Positions 10,501 through 18,305 of a stretch of 64,000 bases of DNA are shown here, piece after piece; position 1 is the stretch's first letter; each line of letters opens with the position of its first letter. Origin of the DNA: a virus; IMG/VR virus record IMGVR_UViG_3300007504_000003, positions 62,160 through 126,159 of that record. One strand, 5' to 3'. The notes below the pieces were generated by a model. It ran no database searches and was not told where the DNA came from. It was given only the letters and a program-made list of their open reading frames with translations. Made by a program: the position numbers and the translations under genes.

Positions 10501-11535
10501 GAGGTGTCCCGCCTCCAGAGCCGTCGGGACACCCTGGAGTCCGAGCGGCAGCAGAGAGAAGACGCTGCGGCTGCAAAGAAGATGAAGTCTGAGCGAGCCA
10601 AGGCTCTACAGGACTTGGTCGGTCAGGTCGGCGGCATGGTGGATCGTCTGGATGATCCTGGCGGGGATTTCACTGACCCGCTGGAGGTCGGTCAGATGTT
10701 CTACAAGGAAATCTCTGGTCTGACCCCAGCAGAATCTCAGAGCCTCGTCGATCAGATCCAGGACCGAGTCCGGGAGCTTCCGGGAGAGGAGTCCGTTCTC
10801 CGGGCAGGGTATGTGGCTGCCCTCGACGCGGTGGAGGTTGCGTCTATCGTTCGTGGTCAAGAAGTCGCCATTGAGGGGCGTTCCCCGCTGATGCAGATGG
10901 CTCACCGTCTTCTGAAGACGGTCGCGAAAATCCCTGGAAAGGAGGTTGACCTTCTTGGAGTGGGTCGCGGGGTCGGGTCAGGCTCCTGGGTTGGGATTTC
11001 GGACCAGATTAAGAACCTCTCCCATGAGGATCTGGTCCGGGTGGTAGGGGCTGACTCGGACCAACACCCCTTTTCCGGCATGGCGAAGTTCTTGCTGGAC
11101 TCTGAGGCTCCTGATGAGCGGAAGGCGATGGCTCGCCAATGGATGCAAGATGCCGCCTTGGACGCTTTTGGTTTGCTCTCCCCGGTGGCAGAGGAGATCG
11201 TTCAGGACAGTCGGGATCTGGGTTCCGGAGCGGGTGAGGAATTGGTGATAGAGGTGCAGGAGGCATACGCCGGCACCTGGGCTGCCGTGGAGGGTGGGGG
11301 CGACAGCGACGACCAAGAAGAGGCCGATCTTTACTCTTTTGAGGACCCTCTTCAGGAAACCCTGGGGAGCCCGGAGAAGCAGGAGGTCTCGCGCTTGGAT
11401 AGCCTTCAACGTGTTCTGGACATGCTCCAGAAGCGGTTTGAGGGGGTTCGTACACGGACTATGAAAGTAATCGAGGCCCTCCTCATTAAGGGGGATCCGG
11501 ACGTGGGTCCGGTCTCGTTCAACCGAGCAACCTAA
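7498..11535 (+). CDS. 1345-aa polyprotein: ART-like domain, DNA topoisomerase IB core, zincin, acidic low-complexity and helical regions
   Basis: TopIB motifs YERVGN, YVGKSG, AKDIRG, VGHQPGTLKSQYL; HEIGH with DEAFADSF; GVFLTTNP...EVLI; RVAFRYL, RVAARYQ and RVAARYL at domain borders. Confidence 0.75.
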   Translation: MSETCRSAGGSKVLFYIGHRPARPVPKRTSWVDRGQEGPDWVRPWLDSPVQAGVFLTTNPFNVATEHGIMGHVYAYQVPRWVLKEAGGLQRYDHATEVLIPEPLWEHVKFLGKSLDKGAFRQRVLEGQNERAFAPHNLAVGLGEAREVYMRPKPQRVAFRYLQSSDIAERVAARYQKKKEVPKAKGEGTTTVYEYSEGQVQHRNREKAKRIEKLRTGIGKLRAKVKGDLTSSDDKTRLTALAVALMDETYERVGNDQSAKEGHFGVTGWQAKHVKFSGGKATISYVGKSGVRQKKEVTTAKVVSALKRAMKGKSGTTQVLCEGDDCRVLAQDVNGYLKPFNITAKDIRGLHANEEVKTRLKEVRRKGGKLPTDPKKKAEKLKAEFKEALEAAASAVGHQPGTLKSQYLVPGVEQTFLKDGSVSVKHASSRVAIINLNHATDGEKGDHSLRGVAGLISSLTYYERALVQDMLVHDQPIRKGKEGYSLRGHPVMSDAVGELVAAGYLEGEGEVRLSGLFLAKKKLYKKEASLDRAAEAFLSSAPEKWGRADLLAFTRVDPWFQAMTLPSRVAAAGELFGRVLRAGVMDRSHPQAVAWVESFFQRHPALRRYQGIPVLHVSSPGSGSHPEARQTYRGIELYPKFWGHSTEIQDFIFAHEIGHAVRSEWGLAFGVAAAALGIDPWDTPNLPFGQFNQDEAFADSFASYFTDGDVGRRYPAWSRLVEEGLRIRVGKKSPADKEDAEVERLVRPSPKKKPPRKDKRREQIREEDRDTDGDRDTKRDKDMSLNYKDSVSRVAARYLEALRVKTVRVLNTDTGKMENISPERFQRNPGKYKLWRDMSPEEKDKNRLRKKPPVEETPQEEEAEEAPQEEEGGEEGEEEEEEAPQEEEAPQEEEVSQEEEVSQEEESTSDPDTEDYEDVSSLLEEIPESLTPEQKAIRRSELVEAALSVMTNKLAAAEKEVAELEESLDSLLADPATTSKQKASAKQKLQAAVKGRNEMKKEVSRLQSRRDTLESERQQREDAAAAKKMKSERAKALQDLVGQVGGMVDRLDDPGGDFTDPLEVGQMFYKEISGLTPAESQSLVDQIQDRVRELPGEESVLRAGYVAALDAVEVASIVRGQEVAIEGRSPLMQMAHRLLKTVAKIPGKEVDLLGVGRGVGSGSWVGISDQIKNLSHEDLVRVVGADSDQHPFSGMAKFLLDSEAPDERKAMARQWMQDAALDAFGLLSPVAEEIVQDSRDLGSGAGEELVIEVQEAYAGTWAAVEGGGDSDDQEEADLYSFEDPLQETLGSPEKQEVSRLDSLQRVLDMLQKRFEGVRTRTMKVIEALLIKGDPDVGPVSFNRAT
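10066..10212 (+). repeat. Glu-rich tandem EE[AV][PS]QEE repeats inside the 1345-aa ORF
   Basis: repeated gaggaagaggc/tttcccaggag units visible in the DNA. Confidence 0.8.
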
Positions 11536-11613
11536 TCTTCTAAAGGGGCTCGGGAGTTAGGTCTGCGGGTACTCAGACCGCCCTCCGTAAATAACTGCGG
11601 GTAACTTTGGCGG

Positions 11614-11625
11614 TATTCTCCTTAT
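11614..11625 (+). promoter_or_regulatory. putative late promoter of the head operon
   Basis: TAT-tctcc-TTAT; GGTAACTTT also present at 11600. Confidence 0.6.
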
Positions 11626-11694
11626 AGCCCTCTCTATAGGTCAGACAGCAGTAAACCCCTGCTTGCGTATGAGCATGACCTGTGGAGATAGCAA

Positions 11695-12204
11695 ATGGCG
11701 AAGCTGACCCTTGCGGGTGCTAAGCGAGTCACGGCTGATATGGAGCGGATCGCTGAGGTTGTTCAGCGTGAGTTTGCTGTTCTCGGGATTCCCGAGAAGG
11801 TGGCGATGGATTACGCCTATCGGACAGACCTCCTTTCGGATCGGATTGAGAAGGTCGCAGCGGACAACGCAGCGTCTATCGCTCCGGATGAGATCGGGGA
11901 GATCAAGCCCGGTCCTGAGGAGATGGAGTCGGACGAGTCCTATATGAAGGGGCAGTTCACTCAGGTGGACAACGAGGAGCTGAGCCGCAAGCAAGAGTCG
12001 GGTCGGCTTGCTCGCCTCAAGGAGCTACAGGCGTCCCTGGCGACACTCCAGGGGGAGATTCAAGTTCTCCAGGCCGGTTCAGAGGATTCTGAGAAGAAGG
12101 AAGCTGCGGCGGAGCCTGTTGAGGAGAAGGAAGCTTCCACTCCTCCCACGGAGAAGGAGGCTTCCGAAGCCCCTTTTAGCCACGGCTACAACCTCTTCGC
12201 CTGA
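11695..12204 (+). CDS. putative head assembly/internal head protein
   Basis: acidic, KVAA/KEAA/KEAS sites, directly upstream of the protease operon. Confidence 0.55.
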   Translation: MAKLTLAGAKRVTADMERIAEVVQREFAVLGIPEKVAMDYAYRTDLLSDRIEKVAADNAASIAPDEIGEIKPGPEEMESDESYMKGQFTQVDNEELSRKQESGRLARLKELQASLATLQGEIQVLQAGSEDSEKKEAAAEPVEEKEASTPPTEKEASEAPFSHGYNLFA

Positions 12205-12213
12205 GTTCTACGG

Positions 12214-12729
12214 ATGGTCCGTTCCGCCCTCGATTACCAGTCTCTTGCTCGCGATTTCAGCGAGGGAGACATGGTGTCCGTGGTCCGGACCCCAAACTCT
12301 CGGGGTCGGGTGACCGAGGTCTACCAGGGGATCGGGATGGTTGACGTGAAGTTCCCCACGGGGACTATCCGTTACCCGGTGGAAGACCTCATGCGGCTGG
12401 ACCAGAGCAACGCGGAGGTGGCTCCTCCGAAGGACCGGGAAGCGTCCCGTGCCCCCAACCCGGAGAGGGTTGCTAAGGCGTTTGCTCGTAAGGCGATCTA
12501 TTGGGCTTCCCGAGATCGCCAGTACCGGGCAACCAGGGGCGAGCAAGACTCTCGCAGCTACGCCTGTCCTCGGTGCGGTTCGTCCCTGAAAGCCATGATC
12601 TACAAGCGGGAAGAGGGCCGGAGCCAGCGGCTCTATGGCTGCTCTGGGCACGAGTGCTCGTTCTTGATCAAGCCCACAGCCATCCATGGGTGTCACCTCA
12701 ATGGTTGTGATGAGGAGGCTGGGCTCTGA
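12214..12729 (+). CDS. hypothetical head-region protein (SH3/KOW-like N-terminus, C-terminal Cys zinc ribbon)
   Basis: EGDMVSVV...GRVTEVY; CPRCG...CSGHEC; REAS...ERVAKAF. Confidence 0.55.
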   Translation: MVRSALDYQSLARDFSEGDMVSVVRTPNSRGRVTEVYQGIGMVDVKFPTGTIRYPVEDLMRLDQSNAEVAPPKDREASRAPNPERVAKAFARKAIYWASRDRQYRATRGEQDSRSYACPRCGSSLKAMIYKREEGRSQRLYGCSGHECSFLIKPTAIHGCHLNGCDEEAGL

Positions 12730-15700
12730 TGGCTTTCCGTAAGTTCGCCAACGCCAGGGTCACACACCCGCGAATCTCTTCCCGGGGCTGGGGTCGGGTG
12801 CGGACTGCGGCTCGGAAGAAGGGCGGCGCGTCCCCGATTGCCTCTCATGATCTCGCCTCTCGGGCGTCAGAGATTCTCGGGGAGCGGTTCGACCCTGATC
12901 GGTATCTCCTCTCCCACGCTACGATCGTGGCTTCGGTGGATGTGGAGGAGGTCCAGGGCGCCAAGCTGGGCAAGGTGCGGGTGGGCAGCAAGACCATCGA
13001 TCGTCGATGGGGTGCTTACTACATCAATCCGGCGTGCTCTGATCTGGTCAACAACAACGGGGATGCGTGGTCGAGGAAGGTGCTCCTGGCGAGCTACCCC
13101 ACGTTCATTGGTTCCCACAACTTCTGCTTCGCGGCTGGTACCGGCATTCTCCTGTCGGATGGCACTTACAAGGCTATCGAGGAAGTCCAGGTGGGGGACC
13201 GTGTGGTAACCCATACGGGTGCTTGTCAGGCAGTAACTCATAAGTTCGAGCGGGATTACGAAGGGGACATTCACGCTATCGGATTCGACCGATTTAAGGA
13301 TCCGGTGTTGGTGACGGGCAACCATCCCTTCCGAGGGATTCAAGTCTCTTCGGCACCCGTCAAACCACGGTCAGGTTCCAAGGCGTCCAGCACTACCCGT
13401 TATTACAAAGATCAGGTGGCTAAGGCTCTACGGGGCGACAAGCACTCTCTCAAGGATTTCAAGGCTGAATCCACTTGGGTTCGTGCTGATCAGATGCGGG
13501 TAGGGGACCGGGTTCTGGGTCCCGTCCGAGAGGCTGGCACTCATTCGGATCCGGGCCTAGCTGAGTTGCTAGGGTACTACTTGGCTGAGGGATGCCCTTT
13601 GTCTCCGAGTTCGGATCAGGGCTTCGTGCTCGCCTTCGGGCACCACGAAGTTGATCTGGCTCGCCGTGCTGAGTCTCTGGCTTACGCAGTGCTGAACCCA
13701 AGCTCCGTGACGGTGGCTACGGTTCAGACCGGCATTCAAGTGCGGGTATACTCCGCGGAGGCATCCCGTCGAATGGTGTCCCTGGGCGGGCACCGGGCTG
13801 CGGATAAGCGGCTGTCGGAAGAGGTTTTCTCCTGGGATGAGGAGTCCTTGCTCCGTCTCCTGGCCGCTTGGTTGGCTGGGGACGGGAACCTCCATAAGGC
13901 CACCCTTCGTCTGCGTGGAACCACCACCTCTGAAGCTCTCGCTCAGCAAATGCAGCGGGTGGCTGAGCTGGCTGGTGTCAAGTCTTTTGTTATGTTTGAG
14001 CCCCAGAAGATTGGGGAAGTCCAGAGTCGTGTTGTGATGACCATCGGGGGCGAAGATAGGTCCTTTGATGTAGTTCCTCGTCACCACGTCTGGACGCTGG
14101 TTGTCTCCAAGGGCTCTACTTCGCAAGTGGCTTCGGCAACCCCAAGGTGGGGCACCCCGTTGTTTGATGCGACGGCGAAGCGGAAGCGGTCGGAGTTGGC
14201 TTGGTGGGGTGGCTGCCGCACTCATCGAGTGGCTTCTAATGAGACTCTTCCTTTCCGTGGAAAGGTCTACAATATTGAGGTCGAGGGCGATCACAGCTAC
14301 GTTATCGATTACGGAATCGCAGTACATAACTGCGAGCATGTCCAGGTAGAGGAGCTGTCCAAGGGCAGGATTATCGACGCCGCCGCGAGGGATATCGGTC
14401 GGTCGGTCTACGTGGATATTCTGGTCGCGACTGACCGGAAGCACACCCAGCTTGTCACGGATATTGAATCCGGGAAGATGGGCACGCTCTCGATGGGCTG
14501 CACAACCCAGACGACTCAGTGTACGAAGTGCGGCAACGTCGCCGTGGATGACACGGATACCTGCGACTGCATCCGGTACCACAAACTCGATACCTTCTAC
14601 GACAGTCAAGGTCAGCGTCGAGTCATCGCGGAGCTGTGTTTCCCTCCTGGCATCCGAGTCTCAATCGGAGATGGGAGTCGGGTAGCCATTGAGGATCTCC
14701 AAGTTGGGGATGTGGTTCTCTCCCACACGGGGCACCGACGTGAGGTCGTTGAGATTTTCGAGCGGGACTTTGATGGTGATCTGGTAGCCTTGGACTTGGT
14801 GGGTCTCCCGCAAACGCTACGGAGCACCCCCAACCACCCCTTCTGGGTTATCAGCCAGAATGATGTGTGTGCCTGTGGTTGCGGCATCAAGCTTAAGAGC
14901 GTCCGCAAGACCTTTGCACGGGGGGAATATACTCGTAAGTATGCCCCAGGGCACAACCCTACGAATGTCGTGTCCTTGGATGCGCCCTCTTTTGACTTTG
15001 TCGAAGCCGGGAACGTGAGGGTTGGGGACATGGTGGCGATGCCGGCCCCGCAGGGTGTGGTGGTTCCGGAGGATGTGGATGAGGACAGGGCACGGCTCCT
15101 GGGATGGTTCTTGGCTGAGGGCTGCTACATCAAGAAGGATGGGCAGCGGGTGGGCATTCAACTCACCCTTAATGCAGAGGATGAGGTGGGTGTTGCGGAA
15201 GCCCTGGCTTCCCTCCTGAGCAAGTGCTTTACTCCCGAGTTCAACCTCCAGAAGGCCACGAAGGTCCGGCTGTTGGAAGCTCTGGCGATCCCCGCAACGA
15301 CTCGACAGGTTTCTCGTAGATTGGGGTTGCGAGAGAAGACAATTCAACTGGCTTTGTCGGGGCTCAGGTCAGAGGGACTCGTTTCGAGTCGGAGGCTTCG
15401 TGCTTCGGAGAAGACGCAATTCGGGGCCTCCGGGACCAACGCTCTCGTGTGGGAGCGGCTGAGTGGTGCTCCGGCTGATTGGTTTAATCTAGCCCGGGTT
15501 CATTGCTTTGACCGGGTTGCGGAGCCCGGCAAGAAGTTGGTCGTCTGCTATACGAACCGAAGTGCTGCCGACTGGTTCTATAAGCACGCCGGGGAGTATT
15601 CCGGTTCCAAGAGGCTCTCGGAGGATGCAATTCTCTGGCCCAAAACCCTGCAAGCATCGATGCTTCGATCTTACCTCTGGGGGGACGGCACCGTTGACAC

Positions 15701-16790
15701 CCGAGGTCGCCATTCTGTGTCGTCCGTGTCGGAGACCCTGATCAGCCAGATGCAAGTGGTGGCTGCTCGGTGTGGTTTCTGGACCCGACGGCAAGTGATT
15801 TTCGAGGGTCAATGTGTAGAGCTTCAGCAAGTCGTCAACGGGACAGCGGTGCCTGTTGGGTCTGACGGATTCCGTGCTCGTCATGAACTGCACATCCAGC
15901 CTTCTGATGAGGCCACGGCGTTTTTCGGATTGACTGAGGTTGGTAGTCGAGGTTTGACCCCGGCATGGCGTACCCATGAGGGGTACATGCTGTACCGGGT
16001 CCGGGATGTGTGGACGGAGTCCTATAAGGGGAAGGTTCACAACATCGCAGTGGACACCGATCATTCGTATCTGGCGGAAGGGATTGCCGTACATAATTGC
16101 GGGCATCATTCCCTGGATGACACTGGCGGAGTGGTGTTCATTGAGGCTTCCTGGGTGGGGAATCCTGCGTTCAAGGGAGCCGTTCTCCGGAACGTTCTTT
16201 CTCCTACTCAGGCGATTCCCCACAACAAGACTCTCCAAGATGTGCTCTCCTCTCCTCCCCCGACCTGGACTGAGGGGGGGATGCCGCGAGCGGCGGCTCT
16301 AGCCTTCGACTTCGGTGATCCGGAGGATGGCGAGGAAGAGCAGGATTCTCCGAAGTCCCCTGCGCGTCCCTTGGACAAGACCAAGGAGAAGCTCAAGGAG
16401 AAGCTCATCAAGGATGTTCGTGAGGACATTGAGAAGGATTTGGAGGACGAGAAGCCTCCATCCTCGGATGAAGTCCACACCAACGACAATCTTCACAAGC
16501 AAGCTCAGGAGCGGGTAGAGAGGGTTCTCCTCCGTACCGCGAGTTCCGAGACCGATCTCATCAACAAGGTCGCTCTTCTGGATGCTGAGTTTGGCTGTGT
16601 TCAGCCTCGGGACACCTACCTGACTGCCCTCCGGGTTGGAGGGCAGGCATACCGCGACAACCCGGCTCGCTTCCTCTTGGCGTGTCAGGATCACACGGGA
16701 CGCCGCTTTGGTATCCCAGAAGTCAAGGTGTTCCGACGCCTTGGAAGTCTCCTCTCCCTGCTGGAGAGCCCCCCCAACAAGACCCCCTAG
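12729..16790 (+). CDS. prohead (maturation) protease precursor containing two inteins; about 464 aa after splicing
   Basis: spliced extein reads SHNF|CEH...GTLSMG...AEL|CGH...FIEASWVGNPAFKGA (His/Ser pattern of HK97-like proteases); lies before scaffold and capsid genes. Confidence 0.75.
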   Translation: MAFRKFANARVTHPRISSRGWGRVRTAARKKGGASPIASHDLASRASEILGERFDPDRYLLSHATIVASVDVEEVQGAKLGKVRVGSKTIDRRWGAYYINPACSDLVNNNGDAWSRKVLLASYPTFIGSHNFCFAAGTGILLSDGTYKAIEEVQVGDRVVTHTGACQAVTHKFERDYEGDIHAIGFDRFKDPVLVTGNHPFRGIQVSSAPVKPRSGSKASSTTRYYKDQVAKALRGDKHSLKDFKAESTWVRADQMRVGDRVLGPVREAGTHSDPGLAELLGYYLAEGCPLSPSSDQGFVLAFGHHEVDLARRAESLAYAVLNPSSVTVATVQTGIQVRVYSAEASRRMVSLGGHRAADKRLSEEVFSWDEESLLRLLAAWLAGDGNLHKATLRLRGTTTSEALAQQMQRVAELAGVKSFVMFEPQKIGEVQSRVVMTIGGEDRSFDVVPRHHVWTLVVSKGSTSQVASATPRWGTPLFDATAKRKRSELAWWGGCRTHRVASNETLPFRGKVYNIEVEGDHSYVIDYGIAVHNCEHVQVEELSKGRIIDAAARDIGRSVYVDILVATDRKHTQLVTDIESGKMGTLSMGCTTQTTQCTKCGNVAVDDTDTCDCIRYHKLDTFYDSQGQRRVIAELCFPPGIRVSIGDGSRVAIEDLQVGDVVLSHTGHRREVVEIFERDFDGDLVALDLVGLPQTLRSTPNHPFWVISQNDVCACGCGIKLKSVRKTFARGEYTRKYAPGHNPTNVVSLDAPSFDFVEAGNVRVGDMVAMPAPQGVVVPEDVDEDRARLLGWFLAEGCYIKKDGQRVGIQLTLNAEDEVGVAEALASLLSKCFTPEFNLQKATKVRLLEALAIPATTRQVSRRLGLREKTIQLALSGLRSEGLVSSRRLRASEKTQFGASGTNALVWERLSGAPADWFNLARVHCFDRVAEPGKKLVVCYTNRSAADWFYKHAGEYSGSKRLSEDAILWPKTLQASMLRSYLWGDGTVDTRGRHSVSSVSETLISQMQVVAARCGFWTRRQVIFEGQCVELQQVVNGTAVPVGSDGFRARHELHIQPSDEATAFFGLTEVGSRGLTPAWRTHEGYMLYRVRDVWTESYKGKVHNIAVDTDHSYLAEGIAVHNCGHHSLDDTGGVVFIEASWVGNPAFKGAVLRNVLSPTQAIPHNKTLQDVLSSPPPTWTEGGMPRAAALAFDFGDPEDGEEEQDSPKSPARPLDKTKEKLKEKLIKDVREDIEKDLEDEKPPSSDEVHTNDNLHKQAQERVERVLLRTASSETDLINKVALLDAEFGCVQPRDTYLTALRVGGQAYRDNPARFLLACQDHTGRRFGIPEVKVFRRLGSLLSLLESPPNKTP
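13125..14330 (+). mobile_element. intein 1 (402 aa) with LAGLIDADG homing endonuclease
   Basis: starts CFAAGTGILLSDG, block B VTGNHPF, LLGYYLAEG and LAAWLAGDG, ends VYNIEVEGDHSY...VHN followed by Cys+1. Confidence 0.93.
14637..16097 (+). mobile_element. intein 2 (487 aa) with LAGLIDADG homing endonuclease and HTH insertion
   Basis: starts CFPPGIRV, STPNHPF, LLGWFLAEG and LRSYLWGDG, ends VHNIAVDTDHSY...VHN followed by Cys+1. Confidence 0.93.
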
Positions 16791-16800
16791 GAGTCTACTC

Positions 16801-18117
16801 ATGTCCAAGCGACAGCGCATGACCCAGAAGCAGGGCGAGGACAAGGCCGCCGCTCTGCCTCCTGCACAGCCCACTGAGAGCGGTTGGCACCCCGCCCACC
16901 AGTCCGAGGATCCGGGCCTCCACGACTACGAGAACGGCGACACTTCCAAGTGGAAGGAAGACGTAGCTCAGCCCCCCTACCCCGAGGGTAAGCCCCCCGC
17001 CCAGCCCTCCGAGAGTGGCTGGCACCCCGCGGAGAAAGCCGCCGCGGATCAGATCCGCGTCGCCGCTACGGAGAAGGCTGCCAAGTGCATCCGGTTGGCT
17101 GAAGCCATGCTCCCCCCCGGCACCGACACCGCCGCGATCGAGGATCAGGCCCTCACCTTCATGGACATGGCCGACACGGCGATCGATCAGAGCCTCAGCC
17201 GCCTCGCGGCCGATGAGGAAGAGGAGGAAGAGGTGGATGAGGGCAAGAAGGCGGAGACCCAGGTCACCGCGTCGGACCAGAAGATCGCGGAGCTGACCTC
17301 CCTGGTCCAGAGCCTCGCGGCTTCCGTCCAGGGTCTCATGACTGCGAAGAAGGCCGAGGTCGCTCCCGCGGCGGTCGAGACCCCCGTCGAGAAGAAGGCC
17401 GAGGAGGTCGATTCCGACGAGGCTCTCCTCAAGAAGATGCTGGCGGAAGAGGCGGCTCGCCCCGATCCCGATGAGGCCCTCCTTCAGCAGATGCTCGCTG
17501 AAGAGAAGGCCGCTTCGGATCCCGATGAGGTTCTGCTTCAGCAGATGCTCGCGGAGGAGACCGCTGGGAAGAAGGCCGAGATCGATCCCGATGAGGCCCT
17601 CCTTCAGCAGATGCTCGCGGAAGAGGAGGATGACTCCGACGACGACAGCGAGGATGACTCCGACGATGACAGCGGGGAGTCCGACGACGACGCCGGGAAG
17701 AAGGCCGAGGAGGTCGCTGAGACCGGCAAGGCTGCCGAGGAGGCTGACAAGGCTGCCTGCGGTGAGATGGCGGACATGGGCCTGGACGATCTGCTCGCGG
17801 AGCCCGAGGAAGAGGACATGCTCGACATGGGCATGGCCGAGGACCCGATGGGCCTCATGAGCGACGAGGTCCCCTACCCTGAGGATGACTCGGTGCTCTC
17901 CGCCATCTTCGCGGAGGAGGCCCGCTCCTCGATGGGCCTGGAGTCCGACTCCACCGCCGCGGACACCATCAACAAGGCCGCCGCTCAGACCCCCCGCCCC
18001 CGCAAGGCGTCCAAGGGTCCGAAGACCGTGGGTGCTCAGGTCCGCACCGCGTCCGCGGACGTGGACCTGGAAGGTCTCTGGGAGACCAAGCCCGATATCA
18101 GTCAGGTGTTCTCCTGA
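16801..18117 (+). CDS. capsid scaffolding protein
   Basis: very acidic, helical and repetitive; located between protease and capsid genes; many KKA/KAA sites; ATG at 16801 preferred over the longer upstream start. Confidence 0.75.
   Translation: MSKRQRMTQKQGEDKAAALPPAQPTESGWHPAHQSEDPGLHDYENGDTSKWKEDVAQPPYPEGKPPAQPSESGWHPAEKAAADQIRVAATEKAAKCIRLAEAMLPPGTDTAAIEDQALTFMDMADTAIDQSLSRLAADEEEEEEVDEGKKAETQVTASDQKIAELTSLVQSLAASVQGLMTAKKAEVAPAAVETPVEKKAEEVDSDEALLKKMLAEEAARPDPDEALLQQMLAEEKAASDPDEVLLQQMLAEETAGKKAEIDPDEALLQQMLAEEEDDSDDDSEDDSDDDSGESDDDAGKKAEEVAETGKAAEEADKAACGEMADMGLDDLLAEPEEEDMLDMGMAEDPMGLMSDEVPYPEDDSVLSAIFAEEARSSMGLESDSTAADTINKAAAQTPRPRKASKGPKTVGAQVRTASADVDLEGLWETKPDISQVFS
17410..17625 (+). 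repeat. four DPDEALLQQMLAEE-type repeats in the scaffold
   Basis: copies begin at 17410, 17464, 17518 and 17584. Confidence 0.9.
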
Positions 18118-18305
18118 TTTGATTGCGTCCCCCTGGGGCGGCGAGTTTCGCCTCAGGGGAGCGTGAGCCCCCTCGGGATGGGCTGAAAGTCTCGATAACA
18201 TGTAAATACGACAAACATGTATAGGTGAACCCGGTCGGTCTGAGCGGGTGAATCAAACTCAACCCCCTCTCCCCTGTAAACAGGGAGCACGAGCCCGGAG
18301 AAATC

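Noticed and set aside
11536-11694. Intergenic stem (ggtctg...cagacc) as a possible tRNA or ncRNA
   Set aside because: No cloverleaf, T-loop or CCA; better explained as the promoter region of the head operon.
16636-16800. Longer upstream starts in the ORF track (also 18928, 6525, 29600, 30623, 43384, 49025, 52137, 58153, 59536)
   Set aside because: They overlap the preceding gene or promoter; downstream starts have RBSs or stop-start coupling.
17410-17625. Direct DNA repeats that might be a CRISPR array
   Set aside because: In-frame coding repeats with non-unique, irregular spacers inside the scaffold gene.
16795-18201. 468-aa minus-strand ORF (likewise 9259-10440, 18153-19070, 41900-43084 plus strand, 50053-51261)
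   Set aside because: Shadow ORFs opposite well-supported genes.
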